DNA of 64,000 nucleotides from Eledone cirrhosa. Lineage: Eukaryota. Location: the NCBI GenBank assembly GCA_964016885.1, contig OZ024741.1, positions 127,906,001 to 127,970,000 on the forward strand, in the 5' to 3' direction. The notes beneath the pieces are model-generated. The model was not told the origin of the DNA. It worked only from the letters and a program-made list of their open reading frames with translations, and made no database searches. This document shows positions 53,801 to 64,000 of this stretch, piece by piece; the stretch's first letter is position 1, and each line of letters opens with the position of its first letter. The position numbers and the translations under genes are program-made.

Positions 53801-54826
53801 ATTTAGTGGTAGTGGTGGTGGTGGTGGTGTTGGTGGTGGATTTAGTGGTAGTGGTGGTGGTGTTGTTGTTGGTGGTGGATTTAGTGGTAGTGGTGGTGGT
53901 AGTGTTGTTGGTGGTGGATTTAGTGGTAGTGGTGGTGGTGGTGGTGTTGGTTGTGGATTTAGTGGTAGTGGTGGTGGTGTTGTTGTTGGTGGTGGATTTA
54001 GTGGTAGTGGTGGTGGTAGTGTTGTTGGTGGTGGATTTAGTGGTCGTGGTGGTGGTGGTGGATTTAGTGGTAGTGGTGGTGGTAGTGTTGTTGTTGGTGG
54101 ATTTAGTGGTAGTGGTGGTGGTAGTGTTGTTGGTGGTGGATTTAGTGGTAGTGGTGGTGGATGTGTTGTTGGTGGTGGATTTAGTGGTAGTGGTGGTGGT
54201 GTTGTTGGTGGTGGATTTCATGATGGTGGTGGTGGTAGTGTTGTTGGTGGTGGATTTAGTGGTAGTGGTGGTGGTGTTGTTGGTGGTGGATTTAGTGGTA
54301 GTGGTTGTGGTGTTGTTGTTATTGGTGGATTTAGTGGTAGTGTTGGTGGATTTGGTGGTAGTGGTGGTGGTGATTTAGTGGTACTGGTGGGTGTTGTGGT
54401 GGTGGTGGATGTTGTGGCGGTGGATGTATTGGTGGTGGTAGCGATGTTGTTGTTGTTGTTGTTGGTGGTGGTAGATATGGTGGTGGTGGTGGTGGGTAGT
54501 GGTAGGTATTGTAGTGGTGGCGGTGGTGGTAGGTGTAATGGTGGTGGACGTAGTGGTGGTGGTAGGTGTAGTGGTGGTGGATGTAGTGGTGGTGGTATTC
54601 GTAGTAGTGGCAGGTGTAGTGGTGGTGGATGTAGTGGTGGTGGTAGGTGTAGTGGTGGTGGATGTAGTGGTGGTAGATGTAGTGGTGGTAGGTGTAGTGG
54701 TGGTAGGTGTAGTGGTGGTAGATGTAATGGGGTGGTGATAGAGGTTATTTTAGAAAGAGTTCATTGTTTGGCTTCTGTTCATCTCGAGAGGTTTTCAGAC
54801 ATCTTTGATGTTGAATTGATGCCCGC
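41805..54826 (-). pseudogene. Mucin-like PTS-domain giant exon (TTTTTTTKSTTNN)n with TTTTP/TTTTS lead-in and Cys-domain tail; frameshifted (pseudogene or assembly indels)
   Basis: The Thr frame is stop-free within each segment, the 5' part is ITSTTTTPTTTTP..., and the 3' exit is STTSTSLVIPTSSS then QCPLVVVIPTGTC...GGTITC..LTC. Frameshifts lie at ~54495, ~54372, ~48598, ~42146 and ~41950, and there are stops in the unique flanks. Confidence 0.55.
41990..54400. repeat. 39-bp minisatellite/VNTR (GGATTTAGTGGTAGTGGTGGTGGT[G/A]GTGTTGTTGGTGGT)n, roughly 315 units
   Basis: Direct reading. Unit lengths vary almost only in steps of 3 bp (27-42). Confidence 0.97.
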
Positions 54827-54835
54827 TATTGGTGG

Positions 54836-54912
<77 letters not shown>

Positions 54913-54926
54913 CACACACACACACT

Positions 54927-54960
<34 letters not shown>

Positions 54961-55232
54961 TACACACAGAGATACACCCCCACACAGATATACGCAAACG
55001 CACACACATACATACGTATATATGTATTATATAGACATATACATATATATTTGTGTGTGTTTGTGTATATATGCACATATATATATATATGTATATATAC
55101 ACACGCACATATACACATATGTATACATATATATATATACATGGATACATAGATATATATATATATGTATATATATATATAAACATATATATGTATACAT
55201 ATATATATATACATACACACACATACACACAC

Positions 55233-55294
<62 letters not shown>

Positions 55295-55315
55295 TGAGTG
55301 AGAGAGAGAGAGAGT

Positions 55316-55376
<61 letters not shown>

Positions 55377-55892
55377 CTATTTAGAGTTATGGAGATAAGG
55401 ACCTAGAGATAGTGATAGAGATATAGAGAGAAGAAGAAGAAGAAGAAGAAGAAGAAGAAGAAGAAGAAGAAGAAGAAGAAGGAGGAGGAGGAGGAGGAGG
55501 AGGAGGAGAATAAGAATAAGAGGAAGAATGAGGAGGGGGAGGAGAAGAAGAAGAAGGGGAAGAAGACATCATTGATGATAATGATGATGATGACCATGAT
55601 AATGAAGAAAAAAAACACGGTGGGGGGGGGGGGCAGAATAAACGTGAAATATGCAGAGAGGGAGTGTGAAAAGGAGAGAGAGGAGAGGTGTGAAATAGAG
55701 GGAGGGAGGGCGTGGAAAAAACAGAGAGAGGGTGGGGTGAAAAGAGGGAAAGAGGGAGCGCGAAGTGGAGGGAGGGAGGAGTGTGATGAAGGAGAGAGGG
55801 AGTATGAAAAAGAAGGAGAGAGGGTGTGTGAAGAGGAGTTGAGAGGGAGTGTGAAAAGGAGGGAGTCAGTGATCGCGAAGAGGAGGGTGTGA

Positions 55893-56500
55893 GGGTGCGC
55901 ATGCGTTACATCCGGGTGTGTGTTGTTATTTATTTATGTGTTTAATTACTTGTCACTAGTTGGTTGTTTGTTCTATCTATGTTTGTCTGATTTGTTTTGT
56001 TACTTTAGTTTCTGTATGTCTTCATTTTGTTTTTAATTACTAGTTGTGATGTTGTTGCTATTCCACTCATGTTTTCTGTTTAATTTTGGTAGGAGTTCGT
56101 TTATGTTTGTTGCCTCTGTGATTTGTCTGAGCATTGCATCTTTTCTGTGTGTGGATATAATTTGTATCTCTATGTTCTCTAATGTGCCCCGATGTTCTAT
56201 TTTGGCATGTTTGTGGAGTACTGAGGAGTTTTCCCATCCTGGAATTCTCATCAGTGTTCAGTTATCCTTTCTCCTATGCTACGGACTGTTTCACCTATGT
56301 ATGTTGTGTTCTTATTGATACACTGTCCTTCAGCACATTTTATGCTATATACTACGTTCCTAGTTTTGCAGTTAGTTTGCGGGCTTAGCTTGCAGACTAT
56401 GCATTTCCTATCAGTGCAATGAGTTCTTTGAAATGGGTATGTTTTACTAATTAGGGGTTTATGGGAATACCTTGTCTTTCAAATATCTTAATATTTAATT
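55893..56500 (-). mobile_element. Penelope-like element GIY-YIG endonuclease remnant (non-Naiad, Cys-rich linker) plus 3' UTR
   Basis: Manual translation PFQRTHCTDRKCIVCKLSPQTNCKTRNVVYSIKCAEGQCINKNTTYIGETVRSIGERITEH**, then after a frameshift SSVLHKHAKIEH..DAMLRQITEA..LNRKHEW. Confidence 0.85.
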
Positions 56501-56612
56501 TGAGCTTGTCTCTAAATCTGTAAGCTTTTTCCTATTTCCCACTATACTACCCTAAGTACTGAGTACTCTGGTGCGTTATGGTCCATCTGGTTCCTTACCA
56601 CAATTCCTTTGT

Positions 56613-56643
<31 letters not shown>

Positions 56644-56891
56644 TTTACTCCAGGATCTTTTACACCAGGAATTTGTTGAGTGCTCTAAATCTGCTATAAG
56701 CATTTATACCCTTTTCTAAATATATATTTTTTTATTTATTATTTGTCGTATTCCCAACTTTTTATTTTCATTTTTTATTTTTATTTTTATTTTTATTTTT
56801 ATTTTTATTTTTATTTTTATTTTTATTTTTATTTTTATATATACAATATTTTTTATATATACAATATTTATTTTATAATATTTATGTTCTT

Positions 56892-56941
<50 letters not shown>

Positions 56942-57088
56942 ATTTATATATGTATATGTCTGTGTGTGTGTGTGTGTATGTACGTATGTGTATGTACATA
57001 TGCATACGTATGTGTATGTATATATGTGTGTGTAGGTATATATGTGTATGTGAGTATGTATGTATGTGTATGTATGTGTATGTGTATG

Positions 57089-57121
<33 letters not shown>

Positions 57122-57125
<4 letters not shown>

Positions 57126-57373
57126 GATATTAACAAATGGAAACTATATTTATAAAACCATATTCATTTCATTATACATATTTCAAGGACACTAAGTTAA
57201 ATTATGGTGTGCTTTCATCAGACAAAATATAATATAGATCAGTTTTATAAAACTGATCTATATTATATTTTATCTGATGAAAACACACCATAATTTAACT
57301 TGGTGTCCTTGAAATATGTATAATGAAATGAATATGGTTTTATAAATATAGTTTCCATTTGTTAATATCGTAT
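57122..57373. repeat. Spacer-less 252-bp palindrome
   Basis: Centre CAGTTTTA|TAAAACTG at 57247/57248. The 126-bp arms have about 3 mismatches. Confidence 0.95.
57267..57329 (+). ncRNA. Type I hammerhead ribozyme motif (mirror copy on minus strand at 57166-57228)
   Basis: ATTTTAT-CTGATGA-aaacACACCA..TGGTGTcctt-GAAA-TATGTA-TA-ATGAAAT; 7-bp stem I, predicted AUA cleavage after 57322. Confidence 0.7.
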
Positions 57374-57457
57374 GTTTACTCCAAATACTTGTTGAGTGCT
57401 TTATATCAGTTATAAAAATATTTGCTTGTTGTATCCCAACAATTTAAATAGAACTTT

Positions 57458-57509
<52 letters not shown>

Positions 57510-57630
57510 GGAGGTGAGTTTTATTGTAGTACAATAAAGCAATGCAGATATCGGATAAGAAGCACTCTACAATTTGTAGGACTGGAGTATACATAATATA
57601 AGATCAAAAGATGGTTAAAGGAGTTCCATG

Positions 57631-57701
57631 TATTTTATTATGCGCATTTCAAAAACAAACATCATCATGCAATAATATTTGTGTTTTCATCAGATAAAAC
57701 A
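57631..57701 (-). ncRNA. Type I hammerhead ribozyme (inverted pLTR copy)
   Basis: Reverse complement of 60484-60554. Confidence 0.78.
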
Positions 57702-59975
57702 GGAGAACATGATATGAAGGCTAAAAAACACTTGTGGATAGTGCAGTTTTAAATCAACATATGAAAAGTGGTTTTAGATTGATGTGTGATATTGGGAAAA
57801 ATATTTTATTTAGAGAGGGGGGGGGAGGATGAAAAGGGAAGGAGATGAGAGGGAGAGATGGGTGATAGAGAGAAAGAGATAGTTTTTATAACTGAGAGGA
57901 GATATATTGTTTTACATAGAGAGGTTGAAAACCGTTGGAAGATAATGTATAAATTAAAAATTTTGAAAATTAACGAAGGGAGGATATGTGCGAGGAAAAA
58001 ATATTTTATTTAGGGAGGGGTGGTGGAAAGGATGAAAAAAAGGGGGAGGAGATGAGAGTGAAGGTGGAGAGGGAGAGATGGGTGATGGAGAGATTGATGG
58101 GAGCATCCGATTCATCCCAATTGACTGATTTAATTGGTATCTTCATTTTGAACTCTTTGAGTCGGAAAATTCCTCAACTTCGCGGTGGAATTTATCGTGA
58201 CGATGGACTCTTTACTATCCTAAATTGCAATATAGTTAACCTTAATATTATTAAGAACAATATACGTAATCTCTTTAACCAACATAACCTAAAAATTGAA
58301 TTTGATAATAGTATCAAACTAGCTAATTTCTTGGATGTATCTCTTAATCTTGACACTGGCCTATATTACCCTTACCATAAAAACAATGAGAACCTTAATT
58401 ATGTTAACTTTAAATCTAACCATCCTACCAATATCAAGAATGCTATAGTTAATAATATTGGAAAAAGAATATCTAACATATCTTCTAATAAAAACATCTT
58501 TGATGCTAACGCCAATTACTATAATAACGCACTTTCTAAAGCCGGCTATCCAGATAAAATCAAATATAGTAAAGAAACAAATTCTAGAAAATCCTTACAG
58601 TAGAATAATTAATCATGACCATTCCAATAATTTTAATAAAAGACCTAGATACAAAAACATAATCTGGTATAATGCTCCTTTCTCCATCTCTATTAATAAC
58701 AATATTCCTAAATTATTTTTTAGTGCCTTAAATAAATGCTTCCCTCCCTCACATATCTATAGTAAAATATTTAACAAACACACCATCAAATTTTCGTATT
58801 CTACATCCTCCAATATTTCCAACATCATCTCTAAACACAACAATAAAATACTAAATACTAAATCTCTTCCTTCCAATATTGAATTTCATAATAACAGTAA
58901 TAGTACTCCCGACGTCATTGTAAACCCTAGGCTAACTTCTGTAAACCCAAATACAACGTCAAACACAACTTCGCTAAATGTTCATAATCCAACTCTAAAT
59001 CAAGAAACTATTATTCCTATTATTCCTATTATTCCTATCGCAAACAACTTCTCCAATCCAATTCCTTCTATAGATAACACTAGATCACTCATTAATAATC
59101 TCTCTAATTGCAACTGCCGCATTAAAAATAAATGTCCTCTCAACAACCATTGTCTCGATAGGAACTTAATTTATGAATGTAAAATTATAACTAGCACCAA
59201 TTCCTTCACCTATTTTGGCTCCACTTCCACCTCTTTTAAAGCTCGTCTCTATAATCATCATTCATCTTTCAAATACAAACTTAAAAGAACCAACACTGCT
59301 CTCTCAGAACTCATATGGTCCTTAAAAGACAAAAACATTAAATATACCATCTTTTGGAAGAAAATTTACCATTATCTCTAACCTAGATTCTATAATAAAT
59401 AGACGTACAGATTTGTTTTCTATCTGCCTGCATAAATTCCATAGAACTTTTCACAAAGTATACAGTTAATATTCAATTCTTTATCAATTTAGAATCTTTT
59501 CTCAAAGGCACATATACATACACCTCTTTAAAATATACCCATCTACCTTATTTTAAAGGGCATTATACACTCTATAATACTTGTTTACTCATTACCCTCA
59601 TTCTATCTTCACCTTGTAAAATCATAACATATACATTTGTTGTTTTGACGCTAGAATATTCATCCGCAATCATTATTATTTTTTCTCTCTATCATAAATC
59701 TTTTTAATCTCAATTTCATCCTTAATTTATTATTTTTTTCTCCCCATCAATGAACTCATTATTAATACATATTAACTCTTTATTCGCATATATTATCAAT
59801 TCCTTCAATATACAAACTTTAACTTCACATTATTTTTCTCAAATCCTTCTACACACAAACCTTAATAATTTTTCTCTTCGTTAATTTTGAAATTGCCACA
59901 ATACATACATTTCTTTTTTTGACGTTAGAATATTCATCCACAATTATTATTTTTTCTCTCTATCTTCATACATAA

Positions 59976-60410
59976 ATTCCCTTCGTTAATTTTCAAATTC
60001 CTTTAATTTATACATTATCTTCCAACGGTTCCCAACCTCTCTATGTAAAACTATATATCTTTTTCTCAGTTATAAAAACTATCTCTTTCTCTCCATCACC
60101 TATCTCTCCCTCTCCACCTTCACTCTCATCTCCTCCCCCTTTTTTTCATCCTTTCCACCCCCCCTCCCTAAATAAAATATATTTTCCTCGCACATATCCT
60201 CCCTTCGTTAATTTTCAAAATTTTTAATTTATACATTATCTTCCAACGGTTTTCAACCTCTCTATGTAAAACAATATATCTCCTCTCAGTTATAAAAACT
60301 ATCTCTTTCTCTCTATCACCCATCTCTCCCTCTCATCTCCTTCCCTTTTCATCCTTTCCACCCCCCCCTCTCTAAATAAAATATTTTTCCCAATATCACA
60401 CATCAATCTA
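59976..60410 (+). repeat. ~220-bp direct tandem duplication in the PLE 3' UTR
   Basis: cccttcgttaattttcaaa..atacattatcttccaacggtt..ctcagttataaaaactatctctttctct occurs at ~59979 and ~60201. Confidence 0.85.
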
Positions 60411-60483
60411 AAACCACTTTTCATATGTTGATTTAAAACTGCACTATCCACAAGTGTTTTTTAGCCTTCATATCATGTTCTCC

Positions 60484-60554
60484 TGTTTTATCTGATGAAA
60501 ACACAAATATTATTGCATGATGATGTTTGTTTTTGAAATGCGCATAATAAAATA
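60484..60554 (+). ncRNA. Type I hammerhead ribozyme at PLE 3' end
   Basis: TGTTTTAT-CTGATGA-AAACACAAATATTATT(GCAT)GATGATGTTTGTTTTT-GAAA-TGCGCA-TA-ATAAAATA. All three stems form, and stem III is the palindrome ATGCGCAT. Confidence 0.8.
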
Positions 60555-60738
60555 CATGGAACTCCTTTAACCATCTTTTGATCTTATATTATATATATAT
60601 TTTAGAGTTAAATAAGGTTCATATGAATTATCTAAGAATGAGTTTTACACACATATATATATGTGTGTGTTTGTTTTTGTATGTACGTGTTTGTGATATG
60701 TATGTATATGTATGTGTATAATTGTATGGCTATGTATG

Positions 60739-60776
<38 letters not shown>

Positions 60777-60785
60777 TATATATAT

Positions 60786-60916
<131 letters not shown>

Positions 60917-61534
60917 GTGAGGTTTTTTTTACAAAATGAAAAATAACCGAGGTGTCCTACACGAGTGGAAGTATAAAGAAAAAAAGATGAAATCGAAAAT
61001 ATATTTATTTGGTTCATTTACCGGTTTCGCAGTTCTGCTTTTTAAAAGTAGAGTTGAGATGGAGGGTCTGTGGTTTTTTTTATGTATGTGTGTGTATATA
61101 TGTATGTGTGTGTGTGTATGCATTTGTGTATGCGTATGTATGTGTTTGTGTATTTGTATATGTATATTTATGTGTGAGAGTGTGTGTATGTATTTATTTT
61201 TACGTATGTATGTGTACGTGCAGTTGTGTGTATTGCTTACTACGTGTGTTTGTTCATTTATTTGTTGCCTGTATCGCTGTCAACATTATAATAGTCTTTA
61301 TATTCATTTTTATGTTTTTTATTTTTATATATATTTTTTCTTATATTTATTTGTGTGTGTGAGTATGTAGAGGTGTGTGTATATATTTCTATTTGTGTGC
61401 ATGCGTATGTATGCATGTATATATGTGTGTATGTATGTGTATGTATGTACGTGTGTATATACGTATGATTGTGTGTATGTATGTATGTATGTATGTATGT
61501 ATATGTATGTGTGTATGGGTATGTATGTGTATGC

Positions 61535-61567
<33 letters not shown>

Positions 61568-61658
61568 GTTGTATATATGTATGTGTATGTATGGATATGT
61601 TGATATTTATGTGTGTATGTATGTATGTGTATATGTATGTGTACGTATATATATACAC

Positions 61659-61702
<44 letters not shown>

Positions 61703-61717
61703 GTGTCTGTATGTGTG

Positions 61718-61802
<85 letters not shown>

Positions 61803-62026
61803 ATGTATATGATTGTGTGTGTGTGTTTGCATGTGTGTTTTTATTTTATTTTTCCTTTCCTTCTTCCTTTTCCTGCCTCACTTTCATATAGATTGCATTT
61901 TTGTTTTTGAAATCCAACGTCAATAAATACGCCAGGATTTTTTCATTCCGATGATCGAAAGCAACATTTTTTTGCTTTTAAGAAACCACTGGTAAATGAA
62001 ATAATTGCCTTATGTTGTTTATTACG

Positions 62027-62080
<54 letters not shown>

Positions 62081-62083
<3 letters not shown>

Positions 62084-62196
62084 GTTTCTACTTTAGGCAC
62101 AAGGCCAGCAATTACCCAGTGCATTACTGGTACTTTATTTTATCGACCCCGTAAGGATGAAAGGCAAAGTCAACCTCGGCAGGATTTGAACTCAGA
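62081..62196 (-). mobile_element. SINE 3' half (Nin/Deu-like family)
   Basis: Matches 41557-41675. Confidence 0.82.
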
Positions 62197-62256
62197 TATA
62201 TATATATATATTAAAATACAAATATTAATAAAATAGATGTTCTTTTGATCAATTAC

Positions 62257-62309
62257 ATTTTATCACACATATTTCGGAGGTACAACAGTACATCCTCACC
62301 AGACAAAAT
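62257..62309 (-). ncRNA. Degenerate hammerhead motif
   Basis: ATTTTGT-CTGGTGA-GGATGTAC(TGTT)GTACCTCC-GAAA-TATGTG-TG-ATAAAAT. It has two core substitutions and is likely inactive. Confidence 0.55.
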
Positions 62310-64000
62310 ATAATGATACATGACATACCCTGAGATGTTAAATGGTTAAGATTTAATCAAGGTAGTGATTAACCCAAGAGAAAATTCAACATGTATACCC
62401 TAATAATGAGAAAATGTGAAAACGTAATAAATTCAATAGAGAATGTGTGAGTAAGAAAAAACGTTGGTTAATGTGACAGCTATAGAGATTTTAAAATATA
62501 GGATACTACAAGTTATGTTTATCTATGAAAACTTCTCTTGAATTATAACAGTGAATGAGGGCCGCTGAGAGGGGATTTAGAGAGAGGGAAAGATAAAGGG
62601 GGGTAATATATGCAGAAAGAGATTTTTTCCAAAAGCTAAACGGTTAAGTTTCAAAATATTTAATTTATGTTATTTTAGGGTGAAGAATCAAGATTTAAGG
62701 TTTTTTTTTAAAAAGTTGCTGGTTATTTATATTTATTAATTTTATACATTCTATAAGTGTGTTAACATTTCTAAACTTATGAATTTTATGAGGGTAATAT
62801 TTAAAGGATTTACCGAAATGAAAATTTACACTGTTGAATATTTTCCTAAATGTAAATTTGAACGAAGATAATCTATGAAGTACTTATTGTTAGAAATATT
62901 TAAATAACGATTATGTATATAGGTATATATTTATGAGCCAGTATATTTTAGGTAGATGATAACGAATATAAAGTAATAGATTGAAGCATGTTAAAGTTAA
63001 ATAGATACCTATATATATATAACAGGGTGTAAATGCATGAATTATTCATAGTTCAAAATAGATAATAATCTAGAAATTTAGAAGTTATCTAAAGATTATG
63101 TATAGAGAGATATAGGGAGGTATATATAGATAAATATTAGGCATTAGTGATACAGTATACTTTAGATAAATGATAACGATTATAATCTTATATAAAGGAT
63201 TTCAACGTGTTACAGTTAAATACATACATATATATAAGAAAAACAATAATAAATGCATGGATAATTCAGAGTTCAAAATAAGGTCCATAATAATTTATAG
63301 TTTGGATATTTGCTCTATATTTGAATAATGGATATAAAAATACGGTAGGTATATTTAAAAATTTACAAAAGATAATTACATACATATTATAAATAAGTAA
63401 TCGAAAATGTAAACACATGAAAGATTCACAATTAAAAATAATTTTCGTAAAAATATAAGGGTTGGATATTTAAACTAGAATTTAAAACTTAGATAGGAAA
63501 ATAAAGATAGAGAAATAATGGTATGGATCAGAGTTAATAATATTACGTTATGTATATCAATGTGCCAGCGTGTTATTGAACAAATGTCATTCATTCGAGC
63601 GTTATTTCTTCTATAGATAGTTATAAGATAATGCAATATTAAAGGCCATTAATGTTTTTCCCTGTTGATTATATACGTCTGAAAACCAAGTTTTTAATGG
63701 TTTAGTGTTTCTCTCTCTTTTTTTCTAGTGTTGTGGGAGGCTAAAAATGTGGACGTAGCTTTATGAAGGCAACTAGAGAATAATTCACTTTTTTTGTTAA
63801 TTAGGGTCTCATAGTTATTAATAATCAACAGGGTCTTCATTGTACAGAGCGCGCAGTTATTTGATATACTAGAGTTGTAGTAAACTCCACAATTCCGAAG
63901 TTTTGTCCAAAGAATGGAGTATTTTAGATTACTCTCTTTTAATGACCATATGAGCTGTGATAAAGAAGTGGATGATTTCCTCTTGGAGTTCGAGAATGAG
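62257..64000 (-). mobile_element. Naiad-type PLE 3' end (GIY-YIG C-terminus, long AT-rich 3' UTR, terminal hammerhead), continuing beyond the window
   Basis: Manual translation from 63999 gives SFSNSKRKSSTSLSQLIWSLKESNLKYSILWTKL..NNCALCTMKTLLII..LINKKSELFSSCLHK, homologous to the 59xxx copy. Confidence 0.8.

Larger units (their letters stand above)
57593..60592 (+). mobile_element. 5'-truncated Naiad-type Penelope-like element with ~500-bp inverted terminal pLTR copies
   Basis: RT MGASDSSQLTDLIG..GIYRDDGL..FLDVSLNL..SNHP; thumb/linker IIWYNAPFS..CFPPSH; CNCx5CPL..CL; GIY-YIG LIY..YFGST..FKARLYNH..LSELIWSLK; C-terminus INRRTDLFSICLHK (stop at 59469); frameshifted. 57593-58093 is the reverse complement of 60088-60592. 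Confidence 0.92.

Noticed and set aside
42149-54378. Plus-strand poly-Val/Leu ORFs (2156 and 1926 aa) and a Gly-rich GFSGSGGGGVVGG frame
   Set aside because: These are antisense shadows of the repeat. Poly-Val is implausible, the common variants are non-synonymous in the Gly frame, and all frames after the possible plus-strand acceptor at 41810 hit stops.
41990-54400. CRISPR array or interstitial telomere
   Set aside because: There are no unique spacers and the context is eukaryotic. The unit lacks TTAGGG and its G-rich strand has the opposite polarity to the telomere.
54490-54840. GGRCS repeat resembling keratin-associated proteins
   Set aside because: It is the exact antisense of the TTTTP/TTTTS mucin-type repeat and runs into a (CAGA)n microsatellite.
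56219-56256. CTGATGA-containing hairpin within the GIY-YIG remnant (hammerhead or SECIS candidate)
   Set aside because: It lies in decayed coding sequence, lacks hammerhead stem III/I geometry, and the TGA codons are not at Cys positions.

Overview
Eukaryotic chromosome end (left arm, C-rich strand on +). It is probably from an octopus or other cephalopod; this is inferred from recalled SINE families and the dense (TA)n/(CA)n/(TATG)n microsatellites. Bases 1-21,950 are a heavily degenerate (CCCTAA)n telomere-type array with recurring higher-order blocks. The array joins directly into the middle of an RTE-clade (Rex3/Expander-like) reverse-transcriptase remnant at a GTAGGG seed, which looks like a telomere-healing junction. 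The subtelomere holds many decayed transposons: a non-autonomous Helitron, tRNA-derived SINEs, an RTE LINE whose three C2H2 zinc fingers are partly hidden behind a stop, bipartite RTE-derived SINEs with (ATGT)n tails, and several Penelope-like elements (PLEs; three Naiad-type copies). The PLEs carry at least seven hammerhead-ribozyme-like motifs, several of them in fold-back (palindromic) arrangements. Bases ~41.8-54.8 kb are a ~12.7 kb VNTR with a 39-bp unit that reads on the minus strand as a Thr-rich mucin-type repeat (TTTTTTTKSTTNN) followed by a Cys-containing domain remnant, broken by several frameshifts. No intact host protein-coding gene is supported, and almost all ORF-track entries are microsatellite artefacts. 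All family assignments come from motif recognition by eye, not from database searches.
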